The translations under genes were made by a program, and so were the position numbers. Source: a virus (lineage: Duplodnaviria; Caudoviricetes). From it: a DNA stretch of 45,432 nucleotides. Location of the stretch: positions 1-45,432 of IMG/VR virus record IMGVR_UViG_3300022745_000054. One strand, written 5' to 3'. The stretch's first letter is position 1. Each line of letters begins with the position of its first letter. The notes below the pieces were generated by a model that did no database searches, was not told where the DNA came from, and worked only from the letters and a program-made list of their open reading frames with translations. Below, piece by piece: positions 1 to 8,945 of this stretch.

Positions 1-3
1 TGG

Positions 4-15
4 GGGCAGCGACCG
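4..15 (+). other. putative cosN (cohesive-end) site, lambda-like
   Basis: GGGCAGCGACCG matches lambda cos GGGCGGCGACCT at 10/12 positions. It lies at the window edge about 200 nt upstream of terS, with a lambda gpA-type TerL downstream. Confidence 0.5.
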
Positions 16-170
16 CGTTAGTCGAGAGTTTTCGTATCTCGCTATCATGATTTCGTCATACATTAAATACTTTGTCAACTATTATTCGATTTTGCAAATA
101 TCGCTACAAGGTTTGTATATCAAAAATCGAATAGACCCCTATTTTCGTGAAAGTTTTGCGAATTCAGCAG

Positions 171-199
171 TTGCAAAATGCTAAACTGCGTGCTAAATT
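171..199 (+). promoter_or_regulatory. candidate sigma70 promoter for terS, overlapped by two TGCTAAA boxes
   Basis: TTGCAA-17 nt-TAAATT with TG extension; TGCTAAA at 179-185 and 191-197. Confidence 0.4.
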
Positions 200-209
200 G
201 CAAAGACTC

Positions 210-590
210 ATGTTTGACGAAATCTCCAATCGACCACTCAACGGCCACGGCGGCGCACGCCGGGGAGCGGGGCGCAAGTCTGCTGACTACGAGAAACCGC
301 AAGAGGTAAAAGACTTCGACGCCGCCCGTGCGCGCAACGAAATGGCGAAGGCCGAGCTGAATGAGCTGGAGCTGAAGATCAAATCGCGCGAGTACGGTCC
401 ACGCACCGCGTTCCGGCAGGCAGCGGCAACCGCCCTGGCAAGCATTGCGCAAACCCTACGCTCTGTGCCCGACAACTTGGAGCGCCGCATGGGCGTGTCT
501 CCCGAGGTGGCTGAAGAAGTAGGCAAGCAGATTGACGCTGCCCTGGACGACCTCGCCAGTGAATTCGAGATGATGACCAATGTCGGATGA
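210..590 (+). CDS. terS: terminase small subunit (Nu1/DUF1441-like)
   Basis: Directly upstream of and overlapping terL; GHGGARRGAGRK motif followed by helical ARARNEMAKAELNELEL. ATG 210 is preferred because the ORF-track start at 147 lies upstream of the candidate promoter. Confidence 0.75.
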   Translation: MFDEISNRPLNGHGGARRGAGRKSADYEKPQEVKDFDAARARNEMAKAELNELELKIKSREYGPRTAFRQAAATALASIAQTLRSVPDNLERRMGVSPEVAEEVGKQIDAALDDLASEFEMMTNVG

Positions 591-2760
591 GGCGGGCCAA
601 GACCACTACCTGAATGCGGTGGAGGACATAAGTAGTGCGTACCACGCGCTTCGCCCGCCGCGCCGTGTGTCCGTCAGCCACGGTGCTGCCGATGCGCTGG
701 TGATCAAGCAACCCGGTGGATACGTTGGCCCGTGGTCGCTGAGCGAAACCCCGTACATGGCCGAGCCAATGGACATGCAGGCCAGCCGCCGCCATGAGGC
801 TGTCTGCTTCGTTGGGCCCGCCCGTACCGGCAAGACGATGGGCTTGCTCGAGGGCTGGGCTGCGCACGTTGTCACGAACGACCCCGGCGACATGCTGATT
901 GTCCAAATGACTCAGGACAAGGCGCGCGAGTATTCAAAGACCCGTATTGACCGCATGCTGCGTCACAGCCCCAAGCTGCTGGCGCTGAAGTCCAGCAACG
1001 CATCCGACGACAATACCCACGACAAGTCGTTCAAGCACGGCATGTGGCTGCGTATCGGCTGGCCCACGGTGAGCCAGTTGTCCAGCTCGGACTACCGCTA
1101 CGTTGCGCTGACCGACTACGACCGCATGCCTACCGACATTGACGGCGAGGGTAGTGCGTTCGCACTGGGCCTGAAGCGCACCACCACATTCCTGTCGCGC
1201 GGTATGTGCCTTGTCGAATCCAGCCCTGGATACGATTTGGTGGACCCCAACTGGCAACCGATCACCGCCCACGAAGCGCCGCCCGCCGAGGGCATCATGT
1301 CGATCTACAACCGCAGCGACCGCCGCCGCTGGTACTGGCAGTGTTTTGACTGCCGCGAGTGGTTTGAGGCGGCACCCGGCCTGGAGCTGTTCCACCTGCC
1401 CAGCGACGAAGAACTGCTGGAGATCGTGCGCGAGGCCGACATTGACCAAATGGCAAGTCAGTATGCGCGCGTAGTGTGCCCATGCTGCGGTTCGATCATC
1501 GACAAGTCACTCAAGCATGAGCTGAACCTGCGTGGCCGCTGGGTGGCAGACGGTCAGACCCTGGATGCTGATGGCAACCCGCATGGCACCGCCGCAGTCT
1601 CCAGCATCGCCGGGTATTGGCTGGGCGGTGTGGCCGCTGCATACCAGCCGTGGAAGTCATTGATCATGCGTCACCTCCAGGGCCTGCGCGAGTACGCGCT
1701 TAACGGCTCCGAGCTGACGCTGAAAACTACCGTCAACACCGACCAGGGGCGACCGTACATGCCGATGATCTTGCAAGAGGCAGCACGGTCGGCCAGCAAC
1801 CCGGCAGAGCGCGGCAGCGCCTCGCTGGAGCGGTTCATTGTTCCTGACTGGACCCGGTTTGTTACAGCGGCGGTGGACGTGCAGGGCGGCACTGGCGCGC
1901 GATTCATCGTGCAGGTGCATGCCCACGGGCCCAACTTCGAGCAGGCGCTGATCGACCGCTACGAGATCAAAGATTCAAGGCGTGAGGGTATGGGCACGGA
2001 GTTCGCACCAATCGACCCGGCCAGTCACGGCGAAGACTGGGACGTACTCACCGAGCGTGTGATACGCAGCACCTACCGCACACCGCTGGAAGGTAAGGAA
2101 ATCCGCGTCAAAATGACGGCGGTTGACACTGGCGGTGAAGATGGCGTGAGTGATAAAGCCTACGAGTGGTATCGCAGATTGCGCCGTGAGAAGCTGCATA
2201 CGCGCGTGATGCTGGTAAAGGGTGCATCCACTAAGACGGCACCACTGATAAAAGAATCCCTGGTTGGTGCGCGTAATAGCAAGGAAAAGGGCGATGTTCC
2301 CCTGTACCTGCTTAACCCGAATCTGCTGAAAGACGCGGTGCATAACAGCATTCAGCGCCGTACCCCTGGTCCTGGCTACTACCATTTCCCGCTGCCGAAG
2401 ACACCGCAGACACCGAACGCATGGTTACCAATGGCGTTCTTTGATGAGCTGAAGGCTGAGGTACGCAATGCCGATGGCACTTGGACGCAGATTCGCAAGC
2501 GCAATGAGTCGCTTGACTTGTGCTGCTACAACCGCGCGGCGGCGCTACGCCTGGGCGCTGAGAAGATCAAAAACTGGAAAGTTGCACCGACATGGGCTGC
2601 ACCGCTGGAGATGAACAGCGAATTGATCACGGTGGAAGACCGCCGTGAAATGAAGGCGAACACCTTGAACAAGACTGTGCCCGCCGAGCGCCCACCTAGC
2701 AGTCCTGTGCGTTTGAGCCGCCCACCGCGCCGATCTTCAAGGTCAACATACCTCGGATAG
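580..2760 (+). CDS. terL: terminase large subunit, lambda gpA family
   Basis: 726 aa; Walker A GPARTGKT, LTDYDRM Walker B region, ESSP, CxxC pairs (CFDC, CPCC), nuclease AAVDVQ...VDTGG...NESLD. Confidence 0.95.
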   Translation: MSDEAGQDHYLNAVEDISSAYHALRPPRRVSVSHGAADALVIKQPGGYVGPWSLSETPYMAEPMDMQASRRHEAVCFVGPARTGKTMGLLEGWAAHVVTNDPGDMLIVQMTQDKAREYSKTRIDRMLRHSPKLLALKSSNASDDNTHDKSFKHGMWLRIGWPTVSQLSSSDYRYVALTDYDRMPTDIDGEGSAFALGLKRTTTFLSRGMCLVESSPGYDLVDPNWQPITAHEAPPAEGIMSIYNRSDRRRWYWQCFDCREWFEAAPGLELFHLPSDEELLEIVREADIDQMASQYARVVCPCCGSIIDKSLKHELNLRGRWVADGQTLDADGNPHGTAAVSSIAGYWLGGVAAAYQPWKSLIMRHLQGLREYALNGSELTLKTTVNTDQGRPYMPMILQEAARSASNPAERGSASLERFIVPDWTRFVTAAVDVQGGTGARFIVQVHAHGPNFEQALIDRYEIKDSRREGMGTEFAPIDPASHGEDWDVLTERVIRSTYRTPLEGKEIRVKMTAVDTGGEDGVSDKAYEWYRRLRREKLHTRVMLVKGASTKTAPLIKESLVGARNSKEKGDVPLYLLNPNLLKDAVHNSIQRRTPGPGYYHFPLPKTPQTPNAWLPMAFFDELKAEVRNADGTWTQIRKRNESLDLCCYNRAAALRLGAEKIKNWKVAPTWAAPLEMNSELITVEDRREMKANTLNKTVPAERPPSSPVRLSRPPRRSSRSTYLG

Positions 2761-2803
2761 CGAAATGTGAGCGTTAGCCTAATCACGGCTGACACGGCAA
2801 AGT
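2759..2803 (+). promoter_or_regulatory. late promoter box, copy 1 (upstream of gpW-portal)
   Basis: AGCGAAATGTGAGCGTTAGC (2759-2778) plus CAAAGT (2798-2803); same geometry as three other copies. Confidence 0.75.
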
Positions 2804-2831
2804 CCCGCCAATCTTTTGGTGGAACATTTGC

Positions 2832-3053
2832 ATGGCTATTACTCAATCTGACGTTGACGCGCTGAATGCAGCAATTGCATTGGGCGAGAAGCAGGTTGTG
2901 CAAGACGGCCAGAGCATTACCTACCGCTCAATAAAAGAGCTGATCGAAGCGCGCAACGACTTGCAAGAGCAGTTGAACACTGCCGCCGAGGTATCGAAGC
3001 CTGCCCGCCGCGTCAAGCGCGTGGGCCTGTACTACGCTGGCCGGGGGTACTGA
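2832..3053 (+). CDS. head-tail joining protein, gpW-like
   Basis: 73 aa between terL and portal; AIALGEKQVVQDGQSITYRSIKEL pattern. Confidence 0.85.
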   Translation: MAITQSDVDALNAAIALGEKQVVQDGQSITYRSIKELIEARNDLQEQLNTAAEVSKPARRVKRVGLYYAGRGY

Positions 3054-4558
3054 TGGCACCCCGCAAGAAAAGCACGCTGGAGCAGGTGAGTACCCAGCTC
3101 AAAAAGCAGAACATCCGCGCCAAGTACGACGCTGGCGGCATGGGTCGCCGTATGCGTGGCTGGACGCCCCCGTCGAGTGGTCCCAACGTAGCCGTCGAGG
3201 GTTTGCAGACCATCCGCAACCGTTCCCGCGACACCGCACGCAACGACTGGTCGGGTGAGTCGGCTACGACCAAGTGGACAACGAACCTCATCGGTATCGG
3301 TATTCGCCCACGCTTCAAGCGCATCACGAACAAGGCCCGCAAGCAGGAGATCAACGATCTGTTCGATGACTTCGTGCAAGAGTCGGACGCCGATTGTGTT
3401 CTGAACTACTACGGTCAGCAGACCCTGGCTGTGCGCTCCTGGCTGGACTCGGGCGAGGTGTTCATCCGCAAGCGTGCCCGCCGCCTGAACGGTGGCTACC
3501 CTGTGCCGCTGCAAATCCAGCTCATTGAGGCCGACTACGTGCCCATGCTGGACGCCGATACATGGCCTGGAATGCCTACCGGTAACCGCATCCGCAGCGG
3601 TATCGAGCTGGACAAGTTCAACTCCCGCGTTGCGTACTGGGTTTACCGCGCGCACCCCGGCGACCGTGACAAGAATACGGTGATCGACGCGGCACTGCTG
3701 ATTCGCGTTCCCGCTGAGGAAATGCGCCACATGTTCGAGCCGAAGCGCCCGAGCCAGCTTCGCGGTGTGCCCGCCCTGGCTCCGGTGATCACCCGCTTGC
3801 GCAACATTGGCGACTACGATGACTCCGTGCTTGAACGCCAGAAGCTGGCAAATCTGTTCGTGGCCTTCATCACGCGCACGATGCCCGGTGCTGATTCGGA
3901 CTTCAACATCGACCCGCTTACGAACTTGCCTATCGAGTTCGGTGGCGGTGAGCCACTGGCCGGTATGTCGCCAGGGTTGATGCAAGAGCTGGACCCCGGT
4001 CAGGACGTGAAGTTCGCCAACCCGCCCGAGGCTGGCACCACGTATAGCGACTACATGCGGACCCAAAATATGGGCACTGCCGCTGGCGCGAACCTGCCAT
4101 ATGAGATTTTCAGCGGTGATATTGCGAACGTATCTGACCGCACGCTGCGCGTGATCATCCAAGAGTTCCGTCGCTTCGCTGAGCAGCGCCAGTGGCAGAT
4201 CATCATCCCCATGATGTGTCAGCCGGTGGTGACATGGTTTGCCGACGCCGCGCTGCTGGCGGGAAAGATCACCGCCGACGAATATGACTCTGTGCGCCGC
4301 GTCGAGCACGCGCCCCACGGCTGGCAATACATCCACCCGGTACAGGACGTACAGGGCAAGCAGATCGAAGTGCAGGCAGGCTTCCGCAGCCGCTCCAGCG
4401 TCATTGCTGACCGTGGCGATGACCCCGAGGCAGTGGACGATGAACGCAAGGTTGACAAAGAGCGTGAAGACGCACTGGGCCTGACGCCACCGCCCGAACC
4501 AGCGCCCGGTGGTGACCCTAATGCGCCGGCCAAAAAGCCTGATCCGAAAAAACCCTGA
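3053..4558 (+). CDS. portal protein, lambda family
   Basis: 501 aa; YDAG...RSRD..RND, SGIELD, QLRGVP.LAP motifs; position after gpW. Confidence 0.95.
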   Translation: MAPRKKSTLEQVSTQLKKQNIRAKYDAGGMGRRMRGWTPPSSGPNVAVEGLQTIRNRSRDTARNDWSGESATTKWTTNLIGIGIRPRFKRITNKARKQEINDLFDDFVQESDADCVLNYYGQQTLAVRSWLDSGEVFIRKRARRLNGGYPVPLQIQLIEADYVPMLDADTWPGMPTGNRIRSGIELDKFNSRVAYWVYRAHPGDRDKNTVIDAALLIRVPAEEMRHMFEPKRPSQLRGVPALAPVITRLRNIGDYDDSVLERQKLANLFVAFITRTMPGADSDFNIDPLTNLPIEFGGGEPLAGMSPGLMQELDPGQDVKFANPPEAGTTYSDYMRTQNMGTAAGANLPYEIFSGDIANVSDRTLRVIIQEFRRFAEQRQWQIIIPMMCQPVVTWFADAALLAGKITADEYDSVRRVEHAPHGWQYIHPVQDVQGKQIEVQAGFRSRSSVIADRGDDPEAVDDERKVDKEREDALGLTPPPEPAPGGDPNAPAKKPDPKKP

Positions 4559-4573
4559 ATCTAAGGAGCCATT

Positions 4574-4930
4574 GTGCAAGTATTTGTATTAAACAAAGGT
4601 ACTGACCCTGTACCTGTAAGCAGCGTGCGCAGCGTATCGAACCTTTTAACCAACGTCACCGCTGTGACAACAGGTGCTGCGGTTGCCCTTTCTAAAGACT
4701 TGTCCACATTCCAAGCGAAGGTCGCTGGTACAGGCACGGTTACTGCAACTGTTTTGATTGAAGTTTCCAATAACGGTACTGACTTCATATTGGCCGGAAC
4801 GATCACACTGAGCGGCACTGCATCAGCTAACGATGGATTCGCAATCGCCGCACCTTGGGCATATGCCCGTGCACGACTGACCGCAATCACTGGCACTGGT
4901 GCGACTGTCAACGTGAATATGGGAGTCTGA
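4574..4930 (+). CDS. hypothetical beta-rich virion protein
   Basis: AAGGAG RBS before GTG; pattern ATVLIEVSNNG.DF...WAYARARLTAI seen in small phage structural proteins. Confidence 0.6.
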   Translation: MQVFVLNKGTDPVPVSSVRSVSNLLTNVTAVTTGAAVALSKDLSTFQAKVAGTGTVTATVLIEVSNNGTDFILAGTITLSGTASANDGFAIAAPWAYARARLTAITGTGATVNVNMGV

Positions 4931-4931
4931 G

Positions 4932-6845
4932 ATGCCCACAAGTATTGTTCAAAAAGTTTCACGTACTCCCATTGCGTTCGCCACCGATCCCCTCACCGAG
5001 GTGGTTACGGGGCTGGTGGGGCCGGGGGGTGGGGCTGTCTATTCGTTTGTTGGTGGTTTGACTGCTGGATCAACCTCTGCCGCATCGACTAACACAACGG
5101 CTTTGCAGAATGCTTTGAATGCTGGCGGTCTGGTGCAGGTAACGCAGCCGGGTGTCTACTACATCAACACCACGCTAATCATTGGATCAAACACTCAGTT
5201 TATTCTTTCTCCGGGTGTTCAGATAGCGCTGACAACAGCATCTGGTGGCGTTATCAACATGCTTCGCACATCATGCGCTGATGCTGCTATCAAAGGCCAA
5301 TGGACTAATGTTTCGCTAACGTGGACTGCGGGTCTTACATGCTCTGCTGCTTGGACTGCTCATGGTCGCGCTGTAGGTGATTGGGTTTTTGTTTACGGCA
5401 GCGCACTGGCTCCATCCACGTTTAACGGCTTGTTTCAAGTGGTTTCGGTAACTGATGCAAACAACTTTGTATTTGAGCTTCATAAGGTTCCCAGCGCATC
5501 TCCTACTGGTCAGGCCACTGCTCTGGCTGCTAATACAAATATCACCGTTGAAGGTGGTTTATGGAACCAGAACCGGGCGACATTGGGCCTTACCGCAACG
5601 CTAATGAATACTCACGGACTAGTGCTTGGTGGTGTTGCTCACTTAAAGGTAAGGAATGTTCAAGGACGAGATTGCCAGAAATATGTAGTTCACTGCTGCG
5701 GACTCGTGGATGCTGACATTCAAAACGTATCTTCAGACTTTACCAACTCGGACACATTAAAGCTATATGGCCCGTTGCAGAGCGTAAAGGCCAGAAACAT
5801 TTACGGCAACTGCCTTGACGATATTGTTTCGGTTCAAGCAAAAGAACCAGTTGCTTACATTGGCTATATGTATGCGTGGGGGGATGTGCAGAACGTGGAA
5901 GTGGATGGAGTGGATGGTATATCCAGCACTTCCTGTGCAGTAGCCTACGGTTCTCCAAACGAATACATGGGCGGCCTGAAGTTCAAAAATATTTCAGGCA
6001 TCGCAGGTTCGGCACTTCGTATTGCAGGAGACACGTCTGGCGTAATCGACGATATTGAAATTGATAATTTAACGGGCACAGGTACAAGCGCACAATTTAC
6101 TATTGATTCGCTTGCAACTGTAAACAATATTCGCATGGTAAGTGCGAAGTATCGACCAGCAAACTATACAACTCCAGTCCCATTTTTCAGTGGCTCTGCA
6201 ACTCCTGCAATCGGAAACATAGAGTTCATTGGCTGCAATTTTGCGGACATAGGAGTTAACTCTGGCTGGATTATGACTGTGTACGCAGCCATCTCTCAAA
6301 TGACGTTTACGGATTGCAACTTTAAATCCGCTGGTAATTTGAGCATTTTGCAAGTCAATTCAGTTATTGGAAACATTGCTTTTAATAATTGCAATGCAGT
6401 TAATATTCTGAATACAGTAAGCCTAAATACAAATGTATCAGGCACTCCGTCAGTCACATTCAATAATTCAAACTTGAATGTTTATGGGTTGGTTGCATCT
6501 GCTTTTGCTTGCACTATAAATCTAAACGGAAACCGTCTTGCCCTTGGCGCAAATGGTCTTGCTCGGTCAAATGCCGCCGTGGCAATCGCAGTCAAGAGTG
6601 CAGGCAACAACTCAATCAGCGGTTCAGTTCTTACTGTAGGTTCAGGCACTGGATTGTTTTCTGTTTACGGCTGGGATTTAAAGGTAGCACCCAATGCAAC
6701 AGGCGTGCAACGTACTGCCGGAAGTTACTGTTTTAACAATGCCGCAGCCGTTGGGACGTTAGTTCAGAACAATGCTGTTATTTGCGATGCAACCAACGCT
6801 GCCAACAGTTGGAAGCAGTTGAGCAACACCACGCTGGTGTTCTAA
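4932..6845 (+). CDS. pectin-lyase-like right-handed beta-helix protein (spike/fibre, possible depolymerase)
   Basis: 637 aa; NTTALQNALNAGGLVQV..PGVYYI cap, repeated N/I/V-rich beta-helix rungs, SD.LKLYG...DD.VS; visibly lower GC than neighbours. Confidence 0.7.
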   Translation: MPTSIVQKVSRTPIAFATDPLTEVVTGLVGPGGGAVYSFVGGLTAGSTSAASTNTTALQNALNAGGLVQVTQPGVYYINTTLIIGSNTQFILSPGVQIALTTASGGVINMLRTSCADAAIKGQWTNVSLTWTAGLTCSAAWTAHGRAVGDWVFVYGSALAPSTFNGLFQVVSVTDANNFVFELHKVPSASPTGQATALAANTNITVEGGLWNQNRATLGLTATLMNTHGLVLGGVAHLKVRNVQGRDCQKYVVHCCGLVDADIQNVSSDFTNSDTLKLYGPLQSVKARNIYGNCLDDIVSVQAKEPVAYIGYMYAWGDVQNVEVDGVDGISSTSCAVAYGSPNEYMGGLKFKNISGIAGSALRIAGDTSGVIDDIEIDNLTGTGTSAQFTIDSLATVNNIRMVSAKYRPANYTTPVPFFSGSATPAIGNIEFIGCNFADIGVNSGWIMTVYAAISQMTFTDCNFKSAGNLSILQVNSVIGNIAFNNCNAVNILNTVSLNTNVSGTPSVTFNNSNLNVYGLVASAFACTINLNGNRLALGANGLARSNAAVAIAVKSAGNNSISGSVLTVGSGTGLFSVYGWDLKVAPNATGVQRTAGSYCFNNAAAVGTLVQNNAVICDATNAANSWKQLSNTTLVF

Positions 6846-6927
6846 CCATGACCCATCCTCCCCCTCTACCTCCTGCTGTGCCTGTGGTGCTGGGCGCTGG
6901 TGGCTGGCTAATCCTCTCAGCACGTAG

Positions 6928-7830
6928 ATGACGATCCTCTCCTTCGTTCTGGGGCGTTTGGTGCCCCGTTACCGTACGGTTAATGAGTGGGCCGTTATCT
7001 ACCGCCAGTTGGTGGATGCACGTCCGATCAGCGCCAAGACAAAGGCCAATCGGCAGGGCGCTCTGGGCCATGTCTTGAACTATATGGGTGGGCGCGCTGT
7101 TTCGTCTGTGCGACCGCATGAGGTGGCTGCGATGGTGCATGATATTGCCAAAACGCACCCGCAGACAGCCAAGCGGGTGCTGTTCGAGGTTGCGGACCTG
7201 TTCAACGAGTGCATGAACTACGGCTGGATCGACCGCAACCCGGCTGCTGGCGTCAAGGCTCCACCGTGCCGTGTGCAGCGCAAACGCCTAACATTGCGCA
7301 ACTGGCAAGACCTCAAAGCTCACGCCGAAGAGAATATGCCACCGTGGGTGGCGCACATGATGACCTTGGCATTGATCACCGGCCAGCGCCGGTCGGACCT
7401 TGTGAAAATGCAGCACGATGATGTGTGGGACGGCCATCTGCACATCGAGCAGGCAAAGACCGGCACCAGACTGGCGTTACCCTTGGAGCTAAAGCTCGAT
7501 GTGCTTGGCCTGACTCTTGCGCAAGCCATCGCGCAATGCAAAAGCACAGACGTGACCAGTCGGTATCTACTGCACAAACACAGCGGCGAACGGTTGGCTG
7601 ATGCCAGCCTGTCTGCAAGATTTGAAGAGGCTCGCAAAGCTGTACTTCCGAGTAGCGGCGGTATACCAGCATCGCTGCATGAATGCCGATCTTTGAGTGA
7701 ACGCCTGTACCGCGCCCAAGGCATCAACACGATGACGCTTCTCGGGCACAAGCATCAGGCGATGACCGACTTGTACAACGATGACCGAGGCTTGACGAAG
7801 GGTAACTGGAAAACACTGTTGCTTGCTTGA
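6928..7830 (+). CDS. tyrosine recombinase, lambda Int-like, apparently without the N-terminal arm-binding domain
   Basis: 300 aa; catalytic set TGQRRSD (R), QAKTG (K), HECR (HxxR), LLGH, LYNDDRG (Y). SLHECRSLSERLY closely resembles lambda Int FHELRSLSARLY. Confidence 0.9.
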   Translation: MTILSFVLGRLVPRYRTVNEWAVIYRQLVDARPISAKTKANRQGALGHVLNYMGGRAVSSVRPHEVAAMVHDIAKTHPQTAKRVLFEVADLFNECMNYGWIDRNPAAGVKAPPCRVQRKRLTLRNWQDLKAHAEENMPPWVAHMMTLALITGQRRSDLVKMQHDDVWDGHLHIEQAKTGTRLALPLELKLDVLGLTLAQAIAQCKSTDVTSRYLLHKHSGERLADASLSARFEEARKAVLPSSGGIPASLHECRSLSERLYRAQGINTMTLLGHKHQAMTDLYNDDRGLTKGNWKTLLLA

Positions 7831-7877
7831 GCCTTACCGCATCTACCCTGCTAACCCTGTGCTGGCAGTGCTCATAT

Positions 7878-7922
7878 AGCGAAATTTGAGCGTTCGCCAA
7901 TACGGCGCTGTACGGGCAAAGT
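7878..7922 (+). promoter_or_regulatory. late promoter box, copy 2 (upstream of lysis cassette)
   Basis: AGCGAAATTTGAGCGTTCGC (7878-7897) plus CAAAGT (7917-7922). Confidence 0.75.
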
Positions 7923-7948
7923 TCGGGCAACTAAAACTGGACAATGCC

Positions 7949-8326
7949 GTGACGTTTACCCTTGAACCATCGACTATCGCAGGAACCGGACTTGGCAGCT
8001 TGTTCCTCATCTACGTGGCCCGCAAGTGGTTCGTTACGTGGATGTTCGACAAGACTCATTTGCAGTCCACAAAAACTATTACTGCGCAGTTCGCAACCCT
8101 CCAGGCATCAATCGAAGCCAATCGTCAAGAGATCACCGTCCTGCGCACCGAGCAGCAGAGAATGGACAAGGTTGTCCACTCCCAACAGCGCACGATAACC
8201 CGCATGGAAATGCTGCTGCGCCAGTTCAGCGGCTTGATGCAAGACAACGGCATCACAGTTCCCGTTCACCTCCAGGCTGAGCTGACAGACCTACTCAAAT
8301 CCGATTTTGAGGCCAGCAAGCAATGA
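7949..8326 (+). CDS. membrane-anchored coiled-coil lysis protein (holin/antiholin-like)
   Basis: N-terminal hydrophobic segment (IAGTGLGSLFLIYVA) followed by coiled coil; ATGA overlap with the endolysin. GTG 7949 is preferred because the ORF-track start at 7886 lies inside the promoter box. Confidence 0.55.
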   Translation: MTFTLEPSTIAGTGLGSLFLIYVARKWFVTWMFDKTHLQSTKTITAQFATLQASIEANRQEITVLRTEQQRMDKVVHSQQRTITRMEMLLRQFSGLMQDNGITVPVHLQAELTDLLKSDFEASKQ

Positions 8327-8739
8327 TCAACTCCCGCAAAATCGAAGACTTGCACCCGCGTTTGCAGGGCAAGTGCAACGCATTTATCGCCGCATGCAAG
8401 GCGCGCGGCCTGGACGTGCTGATCACGGCCACCTATCGGGACGCTGAGTACCAAAATACGCTCTACGCGAAGGGCCGCACAGTCCCAGGCCCCATCGTCA
8501 CCAACGCCAAGGGCGGTGACTCCATGCACAACTACCGACTGGCCTTTGACTTCGTTCCACTGGTCGGCGGTCAGCCTGCCTGGAACAGCGACATTCTTTG
8601 GGTGAAGTGCGGCAGTGTGGCGCAAAGCGTTGGCCTGGAGTGGGGTGGCAACTGGACGAAGTTCGCAGACAAGCCTCACTGCCAGGACACAGGCGGCTTG
8701 TCACTGGCCCAGCTCAAAGAAGGCGTGACCCTGGCATGA
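8323..8739 (+). CDS. endolysin, M15-family Zn peptidase (L-Ala-D-Glu peptidase-like)
   Basis: YRD..YQ..LYAKGRT...VTNAKGGDSMHNY.LAFD...WGGNW..F.DKPH.Q. Confidence 0.9.
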   Translation: MINSRKIEDLHPRLQGKCNAFIAACKARGLDVLITATYRDAEYQNTLYAKGRTVPGPIVTNAKGGDSMHNYRLAFDFVPLVGGQPAWNSDILWVKCGSVAQSVGLEWGGNWTKFADKPHCQDTGGLSLAQLKEGVTLA

Positions 8740-8945
8740 ACTTCGCCAAGTACGGCGGTCGCCGTTTTCTCTTGGCGCTGGGCGCAGGGGTGGTCACGGC
8801 CATCCTCCAGTGGTTTGAAAAACTTGATCACCCTGGTATGGCCTACGCCGCAACGATTGCCGCCACGGTGGCCGCGTACATCACAGGCAACGTGGCCGAA
8901 AACAAGCACAACAACGAAGCCGGGAACAAAGATGCTCCCCGGTAA
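8736..8945 (+). CDS. putative holin (two TM segments)
   Basis: 69 aa from an ATG overlapping the endolysin stop; GGRRFLLALGAGVVTAIL and AYAATIAATVAAYITGNV, charged C-terminus. Confidence 0.7.
   Translation: MNFAKYGGRRFLLALGAGVVTAILQWFEKLDHPGMAYAATIAATVAAYITGNVAENKHNNEAGNKDAPR

Noticed and set aside
3032-4579. 515-aa antisense ORF over the portal gene (likewise 9404-10462, 9853-10833, 38406-39161, 40995-41783 and similar)
   Set aside because: Shadow ORFs expected from GC-rich codon bias on the opposite strand. They show no family motifs, unlike the same-strand ORF inside the intein.
6848-6931. 27-codon ORF and a startless hydrophobic frame before the recombinase
   Set aside because: No RBS or recognisable motif; cannot be supported as a gene.
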